A stretch of DNA of 64,000 nucleotides from Schmidtea nova. Lineage: Eukaryota. Within the stretch, counting starts at the first letter, position 1; every line of letters begins with the position of its first letter. The translations under genes were made by a program, and so were the position numbers. The DNA lies in assembly GCA_044892505.1 (NCBI GenBank), contig CM097882.1:309194001-309258000 (forward strand), written 5' to 3'. This document shows, piece after piece, positions 1 to 10,249 of this stretch. Below the pieces are notes generated by a model, which searched no databases, had not been told where the DNA came from, and saw nothing but the letters and a program-made list of their open reading frames with translations.

Positions 1-1
1 A

Positions 2-1087
2 GTCCTGTGCTTTTGTGCTCTCCTCCATCACAAAAGCTTTGGCATTTGGGGTCGGTATCTGGTCCTCGTAGTTGTCATCCACATAGTCTTCTTCCATACC
101 GGCAACCTGTCCTCTGGATCTGTAGTTATTCATTGCAAAACATTGATGTTTGAAATGTCCTTGTTTATGGCACTGTGTACATTGTACATTTGGACATTCG
201 TGCCTTCTATGGCCCCATTCTCTGCATGCCCAGCACTGGTATTTTCTCGGTTGGCCAGCTTCCTCATCTTTATATTGTTTTCTTTTCTGGTCGTTGCTAT
301 ATCTGTTGTAGTTATATCCTTTATATTGATTATCTTGTACCCGATTTCCTTGGCGTAAACCATTTGTCCTTGGGTAAAAACTTTGCTTATTACCCTCCCA
401 GCGTTTAACTTCATGTCGAATGACGTTTTGATTTGAAAAATTACTTCTTGCACCAGGCAATTTGTTTTCCATATTCTGAATTTTAACGGTATCAGCAAAT
501 GTTCTCCTTGAAATCACTGCAATTGGTCTGTAAGTTTCGTTTAACTCGTCTTTAATCTTTTCTAATTTCTCCATTCTCGCTTTTATTTCTCCGATAGGCT
601 TTATGTCTTGGATTTTGAGATCGTATTTCATCTCCTTATCATCCAATGTGTGGAACAGTAGAAACTTCATTAACGTATCTTTATCCATCTTATGTTTGAG
701 GATACCATCTGTTAATTTTTCAAGCTTCCTCCAATAATCGTTAACTCTATCTTCTCCTTTCGTATAATTCAGAGCTTCTTGTAGATCTTCGATTAACGTT
801 GATGGTTTCGAAAACGCCCTAATAAGTTTTTCTTTGTATCCCATTTCTGATGTTATCTCATCATATAGTTCGATGGCTTTTCCGGATAAAAATGCTCTCA
901 CAAAGTTATTTCTTAATCTGCCTTCGATATTTAATATCTCGAAGAAACGTTCGATGTCTGCTATGAACTTGTGGATATCTTGGCCCATTTCAAAATGTTT
1001 CGGTTGTTCGACAAAATTTGCCAAAAGCGTGGTCGCCATGTTAGTATCTTCTTTTCCCGAACTTCGGGTATTAATTGTGTCCATCAT
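2..1087 (-). CDS. gag: Ty3/Gypsy-type gag, 5' part, runs off the window edge
   Basis: Hand translation from ATG at 1087 is open to position 2: MMDTINT...PKHFEMGQDIHKFIADIERFF... It has two CCHC knuckles, CWACREWGHRRHEC and CTQCHKQGHFKHQC. It is absent from the ORF track because there is no stop inside the window. Confidence 0.85.
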   Translation of the reverse strand, partial: MMDTINTRSSGKEDTNMATTLLANFVEQPKHFEMGQDIHKFIADIERFFEILNIEGRLRNNFVRAFLSGKAIELYDEITSEMGYKEKLIRAFSKPSTLIEDLQEALNYTKGEDRVNDYWRKLEKLTDGILKHKMDKDTLMKFLLFHTLDDKEMKYDLKIQDIKPIGEIKARMEKLEKIKDELNETYRPIAVISRRTFADTVKIQNMENKLPGARSNFSNQNVIRHEVKRWEGNKQSFYPRTNGLRQGNRVQDNQYKGYNYNRYSNDQKRKQYKDEEAGQPRKYQCWACREWGHRRHECPNVQCTQCHKQGHFKHQCFAMNNYRSRGQVAGMEEDYVDDNYEDQIPTPNAKAFVMEESTKAQD

Positions 1088-1149
1088 TAAATAATTAATT
1101 AATTTCACAAAATTTCAAAAGTATTTTTTACAACAATTATTAAAACAAC

Positions 1150-1449
1150 GCTAGGAGATTCCAATAAATATGTAATTTTTCTTGACAGAATTTTCATACA
1201 GAACATTCATACATACATTCAACATACGATTTTTAATTAATTTCAGCAATATTTTAATAAACCTATATATTTAATAAAAACTTTAATAAGACTTTTTTAT
1301 AGTACATTTTAAATTTAATTTTAAACATTCTAATTATTAAAATCTTTAATGAATCATTTTTATTTTAAACGAGATGTTTTCTTTGCAAAATACTTTTTTA
1401 TTAAAATAATTTTATAAAAATCTTTTGAGTATTTTTAAACATCTCACAT
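1150..1449 (-). repeat. Possible LTR end and primer-binding site upstream of gag
   Basis: The minus strand reads ...AATTACA (1171), 7 nt, then TGGAATCTCCTAGCG, about 60 nt before the gag ATG. 1171-1449 is also bounded TGT...ACA. No priming tRNA was identified. Confidence 0.3.
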
Positions 1450-4400
1450 GGCGACGGCAGCGACAAAATTCTCAAAGAAATTAAAACTGTGTTAAAAAAA
1501 TTTATTATGTTTTTTCGACTTTCATTTGGATATCTAAATTTTAAATTAATTTTCACATTATGGAAACCAAGTTCCGGGTGCCTTTTTCTCGTCCCTATCG
1601 GTGGAGAACACATAAAAGAAAATCTATATGGGTGCTTTGCAAAAATTCCAGGATTTTAATTGGTTAGCCCCTATTATGTAATTTTTGATTTCCATATCAC
1701 AAATATTGATTTTAGGGAATCTAATTTTAGAAGGAGATTTCCCTCAATTTTGATTTTTTCAAGTTAGTAAGTTAATTTTGAATTTTGTGTCTTCAATTAC
1801 CATTTTCTCCTTTTAAGTTAACTGATTATTGCATATGGTATTATTATGGATGGAATTCATGAGTGTTATAAATGTATTGTTTTGCAAATAGGGGTGTATT
1901 ATACCTTTTGTGATACCGTGGGTTTTGTTTATAATTAATAAATTACACAAATATAAAATTAAATTTTTACAATAAAATAATAATTTTATTATCTATAAAT
2001 CTTTTAAGTTAAAAAATTTTTTTAAATTTCAATTTTATGAAGTACAATAAAATTTTCGATTTGTTCTTTTTATATTTTAATAAAAAAAAATTTTAATCTT
2101 GCAAACTAATATGAAGACTCGATTTATAAATTTTTTAATATTTTTAAGAAGAATAAAAATTTTTTCCTTGATATAGTTCCTAAAAAAATAAATTTTGGTT
2201 TTATAATTAAAATTTGCTGTTTTCACAATAACTAAAATTTTAATTCATAAATTTTCCTAAGTAAATTAAAATAAAGAAGTAACTCAAAATTTATCCACAG
2301 TCATACAAATGCTTTTATTATAAAATTCTGGATCAGTAATTTCACAAGAATTCAAGCCTGTTGATCTAAAGTAATTTTCATAATAAATTTTTGATTTCAG
2401 CTTTTGTATCTGCGTTCGGTTATCATTCAAAATCAACTCTAATTCATAATAGTTTTCGACATCAAGTAAGGTGAATTTCGTTTTCGTTCGAGCGTGAATT
2501 TCCCGATCAAAGTGCACGCGAATTTTTCGGGACTTCACTTGAGTACTTCGAAGGTTCACTGGAGTAAATTATTTAGATAATTATGCATTTAATGAGGTTT
2601 AGTTCAAATAAATCAATACTTGTCTACATATTTCGTTTCATGGTAATTATTTTTATCGTTTTTGAGCATTATTTTGAACGATTCTCTTTTCAATATTATT
2701 TTTTATTCGACTTGTATTTTCGGATAAGATGACAATTGTTGTGAGCGTGATGGCGAATAACGAGTTGAATATTCTTGTGCAGATAAATTATATAATGGAA
2801 AAGACATTGTTGGATGTGTTGACGCTAGTGTTTTATGTAGTATCAAGTTTTAAGTGCACATTATGTTAAAAATATAATTCAGATAAAAAATACACTACTA
2901 TAAATTACAGATCATTAATATAACACCTTGCCCTTGGCCAAGCCACTGTTCCCCAGTTGAGATGAAGTGATCAGGAGTGTTTTGGCGTATCATCTGAATC
3001 GGAAAAATGGTCTGATCGATTACGAATCGAACCAGCGATCCGCTTAGGCTACTTCCACCCGTACGGCACAAGGCCAGAACAGGTGTCAGGAGGTATGGAA
3101 GCAAAAAAAATTTATTTTATCATAATGCCATAAATATTATGTAAAATAAATTGTTGTTCAATATAGGAATTTGTGACAGTATCTTAATAGAATAATGAAT
3201 AAAATAAAAGCAAACGAGTCATTCAACATATAAAATTAATATTTTCATATAAATTTTAGTAATAAATTATGAATAAATAATAAATAAATAAAACAAGTAA
3301 ATATAAAAATAACCAAGTTACCGGGCATGAGATGATCAACGGGCATGACGATTGATGATCTCATACCCAAAATTAAAGACAAATTCTTACATTAATATTC
3401 CACGATGCGGGATCTTTTAGTAATATTAAAGGACCAAGTGGTGTCTTTTTTAGAGGGATTCTTAACTTCTGCCTTCTTCTGCAATGAATAAATTCTTCTG
3501 GAGTGATTTAACTCTTCTGATAGGATTTAATTTTTCTGAAAGTGATCAAATTCTTCTAAATGATTAAACTCTTCTACAATGGCTCCTCGACGATCAGAAA
3601 GGAAATAAAGTTTTTTAAATAACATTTTTTTCACAAATTCTGTCTCTTGCCATTTCGATGGCGGTATATATACTATTGATTGTGTGTTACCTTCACTAAT
3701 GCAGTAAAACAAATTGTTCTAGAATGTTCTATATAATTTCTCTAAATTAATTCTAATAATTTTTCGCCGAATTAAATCAATATTTTTATGTAATAACTTT
3801 AATAAACCATAAATAATTTATTTAATCGAAAAATTTTTATTTTTGAATCAAAATCTATTCAATTTGATTCAATTTGCTATATTTCGATCAAAATTAGTTC
3901 TTTTTATCTTTAATGTGAAATTTTATGATAAAATCACAATTTTCTTCTAAAATTTTGTTAATTTTTCTGCACTGAAGTTTTATGACACAATTCTGTTTTT
4001 TTTGGGCATTTTCAATGGGTTTTCCGCCTATTATAACTTTCAAGCGTTCTTCTTTTGACGACTTTTAATTTTTCTTGAGGTTTCAGTGTAAGGACTTGCA
4101 AATTCACAGCTAGCGCGTTCTCTACTGGTTGATGTGGGTGAGTCCACTTCACCTCTTTGGTGTTTCTCACTCAATCGCTTCGGTTTTAATAGATGTTTGG
4201 GTTAAAATTGAATCTTGCGCGCTCTCTACTTATGGGGGTACTGCTTTATTAAAACAATTTGCAGTTTTTGCCCAACAATGTTATATGTGTTTTTACCGTT
4301 TATACTTGATGCACTTTTGTTCATCTTAATTTTTAAACGTGTTTTATTTAATTTTTCATGTGTTTTTTGGTTACTTTGTTTTAATTGGTGTTTCTCTTGG

Positions 4401-4847
4401 AAGGATTTTAAATTCATTTCTTGTGCGCTTTCTACATGCTTTATTAACGCTTTATTTAGACAAATTTCAGTTTTTGTCCAACACTAGTAAATATACGCTG
4501 AAAGTTACTCAGATTTTTGAAGGAAAAAGGGTTGTATGTGTTAGACAGTACGAGGTTATGTATTAGAAAGTTATGCGTTGATAAATTAATAAGACTTTTT
4601 AAAGATAAAGTAATAATAAGCATAAGACTTTCCATCGGCAGTAAGAACCCGAAAAAGAGAATGCAATGAGGAGTACTTTTGGCAACAAAGCTCACCTAAT
4701 CATTGAATTCTCGCACCACCATGTACATTACCAACATATTTACAAGAGTTACTATTTCTACACGAGTGAGAAAATTTATCATTTTAAATAAGGTGTGGGT
4801 TACGGTAGTCGATCAACAATAAATTTTTAACAAACCATACACCAACA
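1171..4847 (+). mobile_element. Unit H1, divergent member of the TG...CA family; left boundary uncertain
   Basis: The right end ACCATACACCAACA (4847) matches the end of copy E (CCATACACCAGCA, 46228). The minus strand of about 4620-4740 aligns with the family terminal motif (GGTGAGC...TACTCCNCATT...CGGGTTC...CTGCCG). About 2750-4300 is an inverted homolog of 15300-16850. Confidence 0.5.
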
Positions 4848-5220
4848 AATTTTTTGATCTTATAACTAATTTTAGAATGACATTTTCAATTATATATCTA
4901 TATTTGAATTTTATATTAACTTTTTAACATTTGACTTAAGATTTCAAATTTATTTAATAATATAATATTACTAAAATAAAAATAATTCAAAAATAATTTT
5001 ACTTTTATAAAATCAACAAATTCTAATTTGTAAAATTCACAATTTACCTTTTCCCAAGTATATATTTATATGTATTATATAATAATAATTATTTTATGTA
5101 ACGGCGATTTATTGAATAGACAATAATTAAAGAATATTTAAGTAAAAATTTATTTTAAAATAATTAATGTTAATGACCTAGTTGGTTTTAATTAGGCAAT
5201 TTTCAAAAATATCTCTAGCC

Positions 5221-5549
5221 ATGTTTCAATCATTAATATTAAAGGCGATAAATTTTGCTGCTATTAAGCATTCAAAACAACGCCGAAAAGATCATGATGC
5301 TACACCTTATATTAATCATCCTATTGGTGAATTAAATAGACATTTTATGAGTTATTAATGTACAATATAGGTGTAGCTTACATACTAATGGAGGAAGGAA
5401 AAATAACAGACATTGATGTTTTAATAGTTAAACTGTTATCTAATAAGGCTTATTTAATTAGTAATAGGTGGCTTTGCTTCACGATACTGTTGAAGATACC
5501 GACACTACTTTTGAAGAAATAGAAATTGAATTTGGTAAATCGATAGCAG
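5221..5549 (+). CDS. HDDC3: HD-domain ppGpp/NADPH phosphohydrolase MESH1, exons 1-3 (5221-5326, 5371-5426, 5468-5549)
   Basis: Spliced translation: [81 protein letters not shown]. Introns are GT-AG, 44 and 41 nt, in correct phase. YINHP and LLHDTVED are MESH1 motifs. Confidence 0.93.
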
Positions 5550-6829
5550 GTCAAATTTTGTTTTCTAATTTTATATTCAAACATTGTTTTGAAAATATCT
5601 TTTTAACATTATGTGCTCAATGCGTCATGGGACGTGTTACCATAAACGCAAATTTCTGTAGCACGGATTTTATAAAATTATTTTATTTTTGCAATCAAAT
5701 GTTAAATTTATAATTGCTTATTTAAAAAAGTAAAATTTTCATTAAATCAAAATGGAATTTCAATAAAAAATGAATGTTTCTCAATTGTTTATATATGATA
5801 TTCTAAGATTTTTAATACGAATGAATTATTTTATATTCAAACTCTTATAAACTGAAAGTGTTTATTTCTTAGCTATCACACTGTATATTATACTTACATA
5901 AAATTTCTCTTACACAAAATTTTTGTTTTGTATTATAGGTAACTAGATGTTATTTTTCTATTTAATAAAAAGTGTTATTTTCTTAATTTAAAAAACTATC
6001 CATATTGTTGGTTGTGCGTGGTGATTTATTTAAATCTGCAGATGATCTGACCATCACTTATCTAGGGTCACGACAAAATACATAAAAAGCTTTTTGCCCG
6101 AATGCCCGTAAATACCCTTGATACTGCATATGTCAGACGAATGTGAATCAGCAAGTGAGCGTCTGTGTTACAACAATAAACCAACGAATTTAAATAATAA
6201 ACTGTATTTATACGAAAGAAAAGAAAACACTACTCACGGTGAATAATAACAAATGCCTTCTTATTTCAATTCGATTTTTTTTTGAAATTTTTCTTTTTTC
6301 TAGTACACTTAATTTTTTGTTAATCTCCAATTAAAATCTTGGTTTTTTGAATTTATATTTTGCTGGGTTCATGGAGGGGTTAGATGAAAAATGCTCTAAC
6401 AATGACTAGGGATCCCTCATCCATGATCATGCATAAAATTGCAATTCTACACTCAAGCGCCCTTGACTACTTCCCTATATAATCAAGTTGGTGATGCGCA
6501 GGGTGGTTAAACAATGATGGGCAGGTGAGCACTATTACTAGTACTACTCCCCATTTATGTTTACGGGTTCATTGCTGCCGTTAGAAGGACTTACGCTCAA
6601 ATCATCCGCTTAGGTATTCCGCAATAATCTTTTAGAAAATTTATCTTCAACATCGCTTATTCTGCATGACGTATTTCAACAAAATGCTCGCTTAATTATT
6701 CATTTGCCTTTATTAGGTATTTTGTGAGATGAGTTTATAGTTTTATTCTACAGTTATCTAATTATTTGTCAAGTTAATTAAATCACTTTAAATGAACAAT
6801 AACAATTTTAAGATAACACGAAAATTTAT

Positions 6830-7426
6830 TCAATCTTTAATTAGTTCAGTGAAAACTCCAGCTGGGGGAAAGATTTCCGTTAATAATTCCCCTTCGGTCA
6901 TTTGATGCAGGCCATCTACTTGGCTCTGTAATCGTTGGGCAAATAGTTTCCTTTGCCTTCGCCGTTTCTGCCCAATGCGCTTGCGTTTCTGGTGCGCATT
7001 TGCAGTTGAGGTGGATGGATTTGTTGCCGGAACCGGCTCGTTTTGGCTTCCGATTAGATCAGCGACGTCCGTGCCAATCGAGTTGACGATCTTCTTTTCC
7101 GATGTCCATTCCTGATATGTAACGGGACGGATTTGATCTCTAAGTTCTTTCTCAATATAGGAGGCAGTTACAGAATGGAGGCATTTTCGAAGCTCTATTT
7201 TAGTAGCCTCCCATTCCATTTTATAATCTGCTGCAGTTTGCTGGGCACGTTCGGTTTTACTGATTTGCTCCTTCATCCTAGCCGGAGCAAACCAGCTTTT
7301 GCGTAAATATGTGACCTGCGCCTCGGCTTTGACTAATTGCGCTTTGAGGAGACCCAATTCCTTGTCCTGGGCTCTCCGGATCCGCCACATCTTTTCTAAC
7401 TCCCTTTGTGCCAGATCGGTATTCAT
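6830..7426 (-). CDS. Family ORF B, 198 aa: coiled-coil-like N-half and Arg/Lys-rich C-terminal patch; unknown function
   Basis: Intact ORF. Motifs WFAPARM, TKIELRKCL, QIRPVTY and KRKRIGQKRRRQ recur in copies C, D, E, F, G and the 36 kb fragment. Confidence 0.8.
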   Translation of the reverse strand: MNTDLAQRELEKMWRIRRAQDKELGLLKAQLVKAEAQVTYLRKSWFAPARMKEQISKTERAQQTAADYKMEWEATKIELRKCLHSVTASYIEKELRDQIRPVTYQEWTSEKKIVNSIGTDVADLIGSQNEPVPATNPSTSTANAHQKRKRIGQKRRRQRKLFAQRLQSQVDGLHQMTEGELLTEIFPPAGVFTELIKD

Positions 7427-7620
7427 TCTACAATTGATGTACTATAATTACTTTTGTCACTTTATGGTTCAATTATGTGTAAAATTAAAAACCGGAATAC
7501 ATGATTATTAGGATTAAGAACGGGGTCGGTTTAGCAATACAGAACAAAGAAAAAACTCAAAACAAAACCACTGATGAACATTAATATTTTTACTCAGAAA
7601 CAAATTATTGTCAAAAATTG

Positions 7621-8100
7621 TTATCGCCGAAATAGGCTGTGCATCTCGTTGTTTATCGGCATCTGACGAAGGCGAGCCCAAGAGAATGAAGGTTGCCCTT
7701 TCCGGCATTCCTTGCCGAATGGTTTCCGCGGCAAAAACTCGTGCAGGCCCAATTGACACAATTCTCGGCGAGGGATATGTCCCCAATAAATTATACGGCT
7801 CGCTCGTCCTGCTGCGTCCTTTATTACCACGATCATTTGGCCAAACTTGTTTGAGTAAGGCCTTTGGGAAATTGGCCAGTTCGGTCCTCCACGATAGAGT
7901 ACTTGGTCACTTCCTCCTGTCCATATCGAAAACGGGCATTTTCGACCAAACCCATGTCTCCACTTGAACATTTGAGCGTTGAGGGTCCGCAATATCGGTG
8001 CCGGTAACTCCTTGAGTTGGGAGACCGTTTCATTGTCTGTATTCCATCGTTCCCAATTCCGCATTTGAGTCAATTGGTTCATAATCTCGGCTGTCGGCAT
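7621..8100 (-). CDS. Family ORF A, 159 aa; unknown function
   Basis: Intact ORF. Motifs LKxLP, KWR, KCPF, YRGGxxW and IYWxHIP recur in diverged copies. Confidence 0.8.
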   Translation of the reverse strand: MPTAEIMNQLTQMRNWERWNTDNETVSQLKELPAPILRTLNAQMFKWRHGFGRKCPFSIWTGGSDQVLYRGGPNWPISQRPYSNKFGQMIVVIKDAAGRASRIIYWGHIPRRELCQLGLHEFLPRKPFGKECRKGQPSFSWARLRQMPINNEMHSLFRR

Positions 8101-9258
8101 CTATATTACTTTATTGAATATAAACCATAGGATTTAACGGAGGAAATTTGTTGGACAATTTATTGATACCGCGTATAATCACAAAATTTAATTTAAAATA
8201 AGATTAATTTTATTTATCTTCGCCGTGATCTACCACGGTCGGAATAAAAAGTTCATAATTAGTCCTGTGCTATATACAGCATTCAGGAATTATAAAATTT
8301 ACTTTCAGAAAATGATTTTCCGCGCTATATACAGCGATCGGACTAGCTATTAGATAATTCCGCGTCATGTGCGACGATCGGTTTATTTTTAAATATTTTC
8401 AACTTGGTTTAGATTCCCCACTGCATTCCACCGCGATCGGAATTTATTTATCGGATGATCGTGACTGTGATGTGATTTTGTCTGTATTATCTAAATCAAT
8501 CTTATCGAGTCGTACTTTGACCCGTAATGAAATTCGAAATTCGATCGATTTGAATACCATTTTTCTAATTTAGATCGTCTCGCATATGCTCCAGAATCTC
8601 AAATTTTCACCCTTTAAGCTTAGTACTTGGGAGGCTAATACCTGACTTTCCTTCGGTGCTGCATACCTTCTGGTAGCTCTTTCCGCCTTTCCTACTGTGC
8701 CCCACGCTATGCCCTCTGTGCAACCGACTATGCGATATTTTAATTTTAGTTCGAAATTCGTCGAAAAATTTTACAATGCATTATGAAAATCTTTATCAAA
8801 TAACTAAGCATGAATCGAAAACCATTAGTACTAAATTAGCATCTTTACCCGTTCTCGAATTATGTTCACAAAATTAAAAATTACAAGAATAAAAAGGTTG
8901 AACCGCCATGTGAGACCGTGAGGCCCCACAACGACGACTCGGACTCCCTTGCCGCGTGAGCAGCCTAGGAAGTATAACTATATACATAGTTAAATTAAAA
9001 TATTAAAATAAAGTAAATTTAAAATATAAAATTATAATTGAAGAAAATCATGGATACATTAACATCATAAAATAAAACAAAAATAAAATATTACGTTCCG
9101 TACTTGAATGTATTATTGAATGTTTCCTCGGATTTGAAGTACCTCTGGTTCTCGAAAAATCGTTCGGTTAAATTTTAGTAATAAAAATAGTTCTTAGAAT
9201 CAAAGTTTAGTCTTGATTGTAAGTTTTGATAACAGTTGAGTTATGATTTTTGGATCGG

Positions 9259-9293
9259 TATTTATACTGATCCGTCTGGTTGGATTGACCAAT
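9259..9293 (-). promoter_or_regulatory. CCAAT box plus TATA box of copy A, pointing toward ORF A and ORF B
   Basis: TATAAATA on the minus strand at 9259-9266 and CCAAT at 9289-9293. The same 21-22 nt gap is seen in D (39571-39604), F (63769-63803) and G (30594-30625). Confidence 0.6.
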
Positions 9294-10249
9294 CAGGATC
9301 AGACCGTCCATCAAAGTATTTTTATTATTTTATTCTAACCTAAACATTATTTTGTTTCCTTTTCCGGTTTCTCGCTGGGTGATCCTGATTTTTCGAGTAA
9401 TTAATTAATTATTTGCACTATTATTTTATTTAATTCTATCTTTTCTTATTTCAGGCCCCCTTTTGTTGTTGTTTACCGGTTTATTTTCGAAAATTCCTTT
9501 TACTGAAAATTTATCAAATATTATTTGTCATTTGATTCTTGTTTTTAATTTGTTTTTATTGTTATTTTTATTTTTATTATTTCTTTATTATTTCATGTTT
9601 TCGCTCTTTTATTGTGTTTTTAGGTGATTTGGCGGGCCCAACAATTTTATAGTTTCTTTCAAATCTTTTTAAATTTCAAATTTTCTACCGTAATTTTCTG
9701 ATCCAATTTAATTTAATTTTTGTTTTCTTTTTAACCTTGTTTTGAAATTGGTTGAATGATAATAATGATAATTTTCAATTTTCTTTAATTTAGATTTTAA
9801 ATTTATAATTATTCTAAATTTTGTGATTAAAATTCCTATAGTAATTAGTTTACTATAGGAATTTATTTTGAATTTCTATCGCACGGCGATTAACCAAACT
9901 AAAAATAATAATAACAATAATAAAAAAATGAAGGGGGGGGGGCTAACCATTCATAACAAAGATATTTAATGCCGAGTGTTAACATAGTGACAATAAGAAA
10001 TTCCTGTTTGATAATTAAGACAACGGGTCTGATCACTTCGCTAAATTTATATCTCGTGGATTCACACTGTTTAGTAATTAGAAAATTATTCCTCCCCATT
10101 CTTCAGTGTCACTGATCATTATCTAATTCTCATACACTTTATAGACAGTTAAATGATATTAATTTTTTTAAACAATAAGAGCTGAGATGAAAACACATTA
10201 AATGAACAAAACTATAATTGTTGAACTACTACACTATGAGATGCACACA

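Larger units (their letters stand above)
6361..9643 (-). mobile_element. Copy A of the TG...CA two-ORF family (3283 bp, both ORFs intact)
   Basis: Ends are TGCTGGG (6361) and CCCAACA (9643), with ATTT on both flanks. It is colinear with copies C, D and F. Confidence 0.85.

Noticed and set aside
143-1094. Plus-strand ORFs over gag and similar antisense shadows over other TE ORFs
   Set aside because: They are shadows of better-supported coding frames on the opposite strand.
5221-5549. Bacterial RelA/SpoT or contamination
   Set aside because: It has spliceosomal introns and the stand-alone MESH1 size and motifs.
6361-6600. Hammerhead or HDV ribozyme (retrozyme) call for the terminal structure
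   Set aside because: I found no CUGAUGA...GAAA core, and the helix order does not fit HDV by eye, so it is left unclassified.
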